Shown here: piece after piece, positions 15,978 to 20,000 of the stretch | How positions within the stretch are numbered: position 1 is the stretch's first letter | Layout of the letters: every line of letters starts with the position of its first letter | Source of the DNA: an uncultured virus (IMG/VR IMGVR_UViG_2850639881_000002) | Taxonomy: Duplodnaviria > Heunggongvirae > Uroviricota > Caudoviricetes | DNA: 20,000 nucleotides | Virus record (IMG/VR): IMGVR_UViG_2850639881_000002 | Reading direction: 5' to 3' (one strand) | The notes under the pieces: model-generated | Database searches by the model: none | The model's input: only the letters and a program-made list of their open reading frames with translations | What the model was told of the DNA's origin: nothing | Position numbers and translations under genes: made by a program

Positions 15978-18228
15978 CAGATGCGATCCGGCGGGCGGCG
16001 TTATCGGCCCGCATCTGGAGGATGATGTCGATCAGATCTTCGATCTCGATCAGCTTGCCGGTGTCGGGATTGAGGTAAACGGACTGATTGATACAGGCCA
16101 CGTGAAATAGCTCCTCGATAGTTCTCCTCTGGGAGCGTCTTTGGACCGGGCTGCGGTCGTCGGTCAATCCCCATCCGGAGTAAAAAGGCGCTCCGAAGGT
16201 TACCACTTCCTTGCCGCGCATCAGGCCCTCGAAGCCAACCTGGGACGAAACGGTGTAGATCTTGTCGCAGCGATCGATGATAGAGCCGATCGTCACTTCA
16301 TCCGGCAACACCGTGATCTCCCCAATGTTCCTGTTGCGGTAGGAATTCATGTTTCGCTGGATGCTGTCGGGGTGCCTCTTGAAGTAGATAGGCCTGCCGG
16401 GGTTTTCTTCGACAGCCGCCTCGAGCATGCGATGGAAGCTATAGTCATTGGCGCCGGCGAACTGGATGGAGGCGTCTCCCTTCTTCTGATCGATCACCAG
16501 GACAGCGCCCGGTTCTATCTCGAACTCCGCACCTTCGACATATTTGTTGTACTTGGTGATCCCCTCTGCGCAGATCCTATTAATGACCGCGCGGGCGCGT
16601 CTTGCTTCCTGATCCGTTAGGACGAAGTCCGGACTATTGAGGGTCTTCTCGATGCGTGACGGCTGGCGGGCGTCGAAATAATAACCGAGATCATCGATCA
16701 TAAAGCCAAGGGCGCGGCGCTCGTTCAACGTCGCGTCTGGGTCAAAGTATGAGGCGAATGCACCGAAGAGGGCTACCTCGGTGAAGTAGAGCGGCAGATC
16801 GTAGAGATAGGCAGTGTCGACGCAATCCCAGAACATGTCCTGTTCGATGCGCTGCGAGAGCAAGAAAACTGCGTCCGGCAGACGATCGGTGAAAAAGGTA
16901 AAGTGCGAAGTCTTCGTCAGCGTTTTGATGTTCTCGGCATAGCCTCCTTCCATGTCCTTCTTGAAAACATTGGACATGATCACCGAATTGGCAGGCAGCG
17001 CTTCGATCATGGCGCGGGCGCTGAAAGCCGCGGGAGCGTTCGCAGATCTGCTGACTAGGATGTTCTTCAGGGTGACGCCTAGATTTGCCGCCTGGGCGGC
17101 CTGCGCCTTTGCTGCCGGTGCAGTCTTCTTCTCCAGGGCCTCGAGCCGCCGCTCGAGCTTTCCCACTGCCAGCCTAGTCTTCCGGATCCGGGTAAAGCTT
17201 ACGACAGTTGCGGGGACGATGACCGTCAGGAATTTGCCCAGAGTCGTTTTCTCCGCGGCGGCTTTTTTGTTGGTCTGCTTCGGTTTGGCGGCCGGGCGCG
17301 GCGCCTCGAGCCTTTCAGGCTTTGTTATTTCCTGCGCGTACGGCGTCAGGGCGAGATAGTCGAACCACTCTTCTGCCCGTGGGTGTTCGAGCGACATCCA
17401 TGGTTTCCGCTTCAGAGTATAATGGATAATGGCCGGATCGGTGATCGCTGCCTTCGCCTCTGACCTATCCATGTAGTTCTCGATACCAGCGACCTTGTCG
17501 ACCCAGTCGGGCTTGAACATCGATCCGTGCACGTTCCATTTCACCGGAAGGTACTTAATCGAGCCGAAGAAGAGTTCGGTGATGATCTGCTGGTCTCCGA
17601 GCACCAGGCGATAGCGGTTGCTTTCGAGATAGCGCTCGACGAGCTCGCTGAAGCCGATCGCGCGCATCAGGTCGACGTTTACGAGCAGGACGCCAGCATT
17701 CGGGTGTTTGGCGCTCTCTGCCAGGCCGAACTTGGCATTATACGTCCTGGAGATGGTATCCTCGACGCCGGCGAAGAGCGCGCCGTCGAAGGGCGTTGCA
17801 AACAGTTCGTCGATCGAATTGCGAATGATGAGGTCGCTGTCGAGGTACAGCACCTTGCGGGCGTCGACTGGCAGGAGCTTGTGCATCAGTAGACGATAAT
17901 AGGTCGCGATCGAGATGCCATCAGAGGTCTTGATGTTCTTGAACAAGCTGGCGTCAACAGGGATCTCGTGCAGCTGGAAATCGCAAAGAGAGCGCAACGC
18001 ATCAATCTTTGCGCGCTCGGTCTCCGGTAGCGGTTTGTCGATGAGCACGAACACGCGAATTGCCTGCCGTCCGGTGTAGCTCTTCAATATCGATGCGAGC
18101 GTGACTGCAGTAAAGCGGATGTATCTCTCGTCCGACGCGAAGACCAAATCGACCGTTTCCTGAACTGGCTCAATGTGGCCGGCAGCTTTAATGCGCTCGA
18201 AGGCGACAGGGCTGAGTGCGAGAGACAT
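15961..18228 (-). CDS. Fusion of family 8 glycosyltransferase (N-term) and KpsC/RkpZ-like capsular polysaccharide (beta-Kdo transferase, GT107-like) domain (C-term)
   Basis: GT8: FASDERY, TYYRLL, KVLYLDSD, NAGVLLVN, GDQ, IIHY...KPW. KpsC-like: DDLGYYFDARQPSRIE, ITKYN, VLVIDQ..GDASI, KRHPD, YTVSSQVGFEGLMRGK.V..FGAPFYSGWGLTDDR. GGAG lies 8 nt before ATG 18228 (alternative start 18234). Confidence 0.9.
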   Translation of the reverse strand: MSLALSPVAFERIKAAGHIEPVQETVDLVFASDERYIRFTAVTLASILKSYTGRQAIRVFVLIDKPLPETERAKIDALRSLCDFQLHEIPVDASLFKNIKTSDGISIATYYRLLMHKLLPVDARKVLYLDSDLIIRNSIDELFATPFDGALFAGVEDTISRTYNAKFGLAESAKHPNAGVLLVNVDLMRAIGFSELVERYLESNRYRLVLGDQQIITELFFGSIKYLPVKWNVHGSMFKPDWVDKVAGIENYMDRSEAKAAITDPAIIHYTLKRKPWMSLEHPRAEEWFDYLALTPYAQEITKPERLEAPRPAAKPKQTNKKAAAEKTTLGKFLTVIVPATVVSFTRIRKTRLAVGKLERRLEALEKKTAPAAKAQAAQAANLGVTLKNILVSRSANAPAAFSARAMIEALPANSVIMSNVFKKDMEGGYAENIKTLTKTSHFTFFTDRLPDAVFLLSQRIEQDMFWDCVDTAYLYDLPLYFTEVALFGAFASYFDPDATLNERRALGFMIDDLGYYFDARQPSRIEKTLNSPDFVLTDQEARRARAVINRICAEGITKYNKYVEGAEFEIEPGAVLVIDQKKGDASIQFAGANDYSFHRMLEAAVEENPGRPIYFKRHPDSIQRNMNSYRNRNIGEITVLPDEVTIGSIIDRCDKIYTVSSQVGFEGLMRGKEVVTFGAPFYSGWGLTDDRSPVQRRSQRRTIEELFHVACINQSVYLNPDTGKLIEIEDLIDIILQMRADNAARRIASDAVGG

Positions 18229-18261
18229 TCTCATTTCTCCATGGATTTTTTCCGTGGAGCG

Positions 18262-18333
18262 GTTCTACCGTTGCAGCGCACAAATTGGAAGGTGCATTAG
18301 GCTCATCGTAGGTAGCTGGAAATTGCATGACAG
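18262..18333 (-). promoter_or_regulatory. Candidate host sigma70-type promoter(s) for the minus-strand cassette
   Basis: On the minus strand: CTGTCA (18333-18328)-N17-TACGAT (18310-18305) and TTCCAA (18290-18285)-N17-TAGAAC (18267-18262), in an AT-richer gap. Confidence 0.4.
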
Positions 18334-18342
18334 GCGCCGCAT

Positions 18343-18369
18343 TTGACCTCACCCGAGCCATCGTAGGCT
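18343..18369 (+). promoter_or_regulatory. Putative late promoter 4 (lysis genes)
   Basis: TTGACC (18343-18348), 15-nt spacer, TAGGCT (18364-18369). Confidence 0.7.
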
Positions 18370-18393
18370 TCAGCATCGAGGATGCTGGAGCCT
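18365..18393 (+). promoter_or_regulatory. 13-bp hairpin sequestering the endolysin RBS
   Basis: AGGCTTCAGCATC-GAG-GATGCTGGAGCCT (one G.U pair). The GGAG at 18387-18390 is in the 3' arm and ATG is at 18398. Confidence 0.7.
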
Positions 18394-18397
18394 TTTC

Positions 18398-19147
18398 ATG
18401 AGCGATCGTTTCGATGTCTGTCACCCGATCACCGCCGCCTGGGAGGGTGGATGGAGCAACCACAAGGCCGACCCCGGCGGCAAGACCATGTACGGGATCA
18501 CGGAGAAGCGCTGGCACGAGTACCAGGACAAGATGAAGATGAAGCGCACGCCGGTGCGAACCGTCACCAAGGCGCAGGCGCTGAAGTTCTACCGCAGCGA
18601 ATTTTGGAACACCTGCGGCGCTGCTAGCCTCTTTGCCGGCGTCGATCTCGCCGTCTATGACGCTTCCGTCAATTCTGGCGTCTCGCGCGGCCGCAAATGG
18701 CTGCTCGCCTCGTCCGGCAGCAACGACCACTCCGAGACGGTCAAGCGCATTTGCCGCGCCCGTCTCTCCTTCATGCAGTCGCTGAAGATCTGGAAGACCT
18801 TCGGCAAAGGCTGGGCCCGGCGCGTGGCGGACATCGAGGTCCGGGGCGTTGCCATGGCTCTCGCTGCCATGGGCGCAACCGAGGGGCGCATCAAGGCCGA
18901 TGCTCGAGCAGAAGCCGAAGCGGCCAAGAAGGCGGCAAAGAACGCCGGCAGCAAAGCCGCGACGTCCGCCGGCGGCGCCGTCGCTTCAGGCAGCGCGCCT
19001 GCCGTCGACCAGGCCGCGGCGGATCCCGCGGCGCTGTGGCTCTTCGGCGCTCTCTTCCTCTTCCTGGCGATTGGCACCGCCGTGATGATCCTCCGCAAGC
19101 GGGCGGCCGATGCCCGGGCAGAAGCTTATGGAAAGGTCGCGGCATGA
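18398..19147 (+). CDS. Endolysin, glycoside hydrolase family 108, with C-terminal transmembrane segment
   Basis: WEGGWSNHKADPGGKTMYGIT and D.AVYDASVNSG..R, FGKGWARRV motifs. Hydrophobic ALWLFGALFLFLAIGTAVMIL followed by RKR. Confidence 0.9.
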   Translation: MSDRFDVCHPITAAWEGGWSNHKADPGGKTMYGITEKRWHEYQDKMKMKRTPVRTVTKAQALKFYRSEFWNTCGAASLFAGVDLAVYDASVNSGVSRGRKWLLASSGSNDHSETVKRICRARLSFMQSLKIWKTFGKGWARRVADIEVRGVAMALAAMGATEGRIKADARAEAEAAKKAAKNAGSKAATSAGGAVASGSAPAVDQAAADPAALWLFGALFLFLAIGTAVMILRKRAADARAEAYGKVAA

Positions 19148-19470
19148 GGGGCGAGCTTTCGACGGCGATGGTCGATGTCATGAACGAGCGCGATCGCCAG
19201 GTGAACGAGGAAGGCTGGACTGCGGAGCATGATGACCGGCACAAACGCGGCCATCTTGCCCGTGCAGGCGCGTGCTACGCGCTTCGCCAGAGCACAGACG
19301 CGACCGGTTATCGAGCGTGGCTGGGATGGGCCATTGAAAACATCTGGCCTTTCGATTGGTCCTGGTGGAAGCCGCGGGACTACCGCCGCAACCTGGTGCG
19401 CGCGGCCGCGCTGATTATTGCTGAAATCGAGCGCTTTGATCGGGCGGCGGAAAAGGCAGGTGAAAAATGA
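19144..19470 (+). CDS. Conserved phage protein of the 'ER.RQ...EGWT.EHDD...WP...WKP...RR.LV.A.ALI.AEIER.DR' family, 108 aa
   Basis: ATGA overlaps with both neighbours, and the motif is a recognisable widespread phage domain of unclear function. The track start at 18697 is an over-extension. Confidence 0.8.
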   Translation: MRGELSTAMVDVMNERDRQVNEEGWTAEHDDRHKRGHLARAGACYALRQSTDATGYRAWLGWAIENIWPFDWSWWKPRDYRRNLVRAAALIIAEIERFDRAAEKAGEK

Positions 19471-20000
19471 GCGCCATTCTCACCGGGATCCTCGTCGAGA
19501 TCGCCGCGAAGGTCGGCGCGCCGATCGTCAAGGGCATCCTCGAGAAACATGTCGGCGGCACGGCCGGCGAGCTCGGCGGCGTCGTCATCGATGCGATCGC
19601 AGAGAAGGCAGGCGTGCCGCCGGCGGACCTTCCGGCCGTTCCTGCAGAGCAGCTCGAGGCGGCCGTCGCGGCCGTCGAGGCGGAAACGCCGGAGCTCGTC
19701 ACTGCCTGGACGGAGAGCCAGCGGGAAGCGAACCGGCTGATGCTTGCCGAGATGCAGAAGGAAATACCCTTCGGCTGGCTGTGGCGGCCGGCGGGCATGT
19801 GGCTGATGCTCGTCTGCATTGGCTGGTACGTCATCGTCCGGCCGCTTCTGAATGCCCTTCTCTGGGCGCTCGGAACCGCGACGCAGATCGAGATCGGTCT
19901 CGACGTCGCGACTTTCCTCGGGATCTTTACCATCTATACCGGCCTTTACATGGGCGGGAACACGGCCAAATCGATCTTTGCGAAAGGGGCGGGCAAGTGA
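19467..20000 (+). CDS. Probable holin (3TM/GTA-holin-like)
   Basis: 177 aa, WRP motif followed by two hydrophobic helices and a basic C-terminus, in the lysis module. Confidence 0.7.
   Translation: MSAILTGILVEIAAKVGAPIVKGILEKHVGGTAGELGGVVIDAIAEKAGVPPADLPAVPAEQLEAAVAAVEAETPELVTAWTESQREANRLMLAEMQKEIPFGWLWRPAGMWLMLVCIGWYVIVRPLLNALLWALGTATQIEIGLDVATFLGIFTIYTGLYMGGNTAKSIFAKGAGK

Noticed and set aside
12872..18397. Diversity-generating retroelement next to the tail fibre as in BPP-1-like phages
   Set aside because: No reverse transcriptase and no TR/VR repeat pair seen.
1..20000. CRISPR arrays, tRNA/rRNA genes, IS elements, integrase/att sites
   Set aside because: None detected by eye. The temperate lifestyle is inferred only from the moron-like cassette.

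Overview
GC-rich virion-morphogenesis and lysis region of a T7-like-virion (podovirus-type), probably temperate, phage of an alphaproteobacterial host. A rhizobial host is inferred from composition and the KpsC/RkpZ-like domain, not proven. The + strand carries: scaffold C-terminus, major capsid, small capsid-associated protein, tail tubular A and B, three ejection/internal virion proteins (one with a lytic transglycosylase, one a 1768-aa polyvalent protein with a zincin motif), a beta-helix tailspike, GH108 endolysin, an 'EGWTxEHDD' family protein and a holin. A three-gene minus-strand cassette (GT8 + KpsC-like beta-Kdo transferase fusion, SAM methyltransferase, small ORF) lies between tailspike and lysis genes and looks like a capsule-conversion system. 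Three signals stand out: (1) four intergenic copies of TTGACCT-N14-(T/A)AnnnT, a promoter-like motif with a 15-bp spacer, three of them coupled to RBS-sequestering hairpins; (2) a probable small gene overprinted in the +1 frame inside the polyvalent protein gene; (3) the polysaccharide cassette. All calls come from motif recognition by eye, with no database searches.
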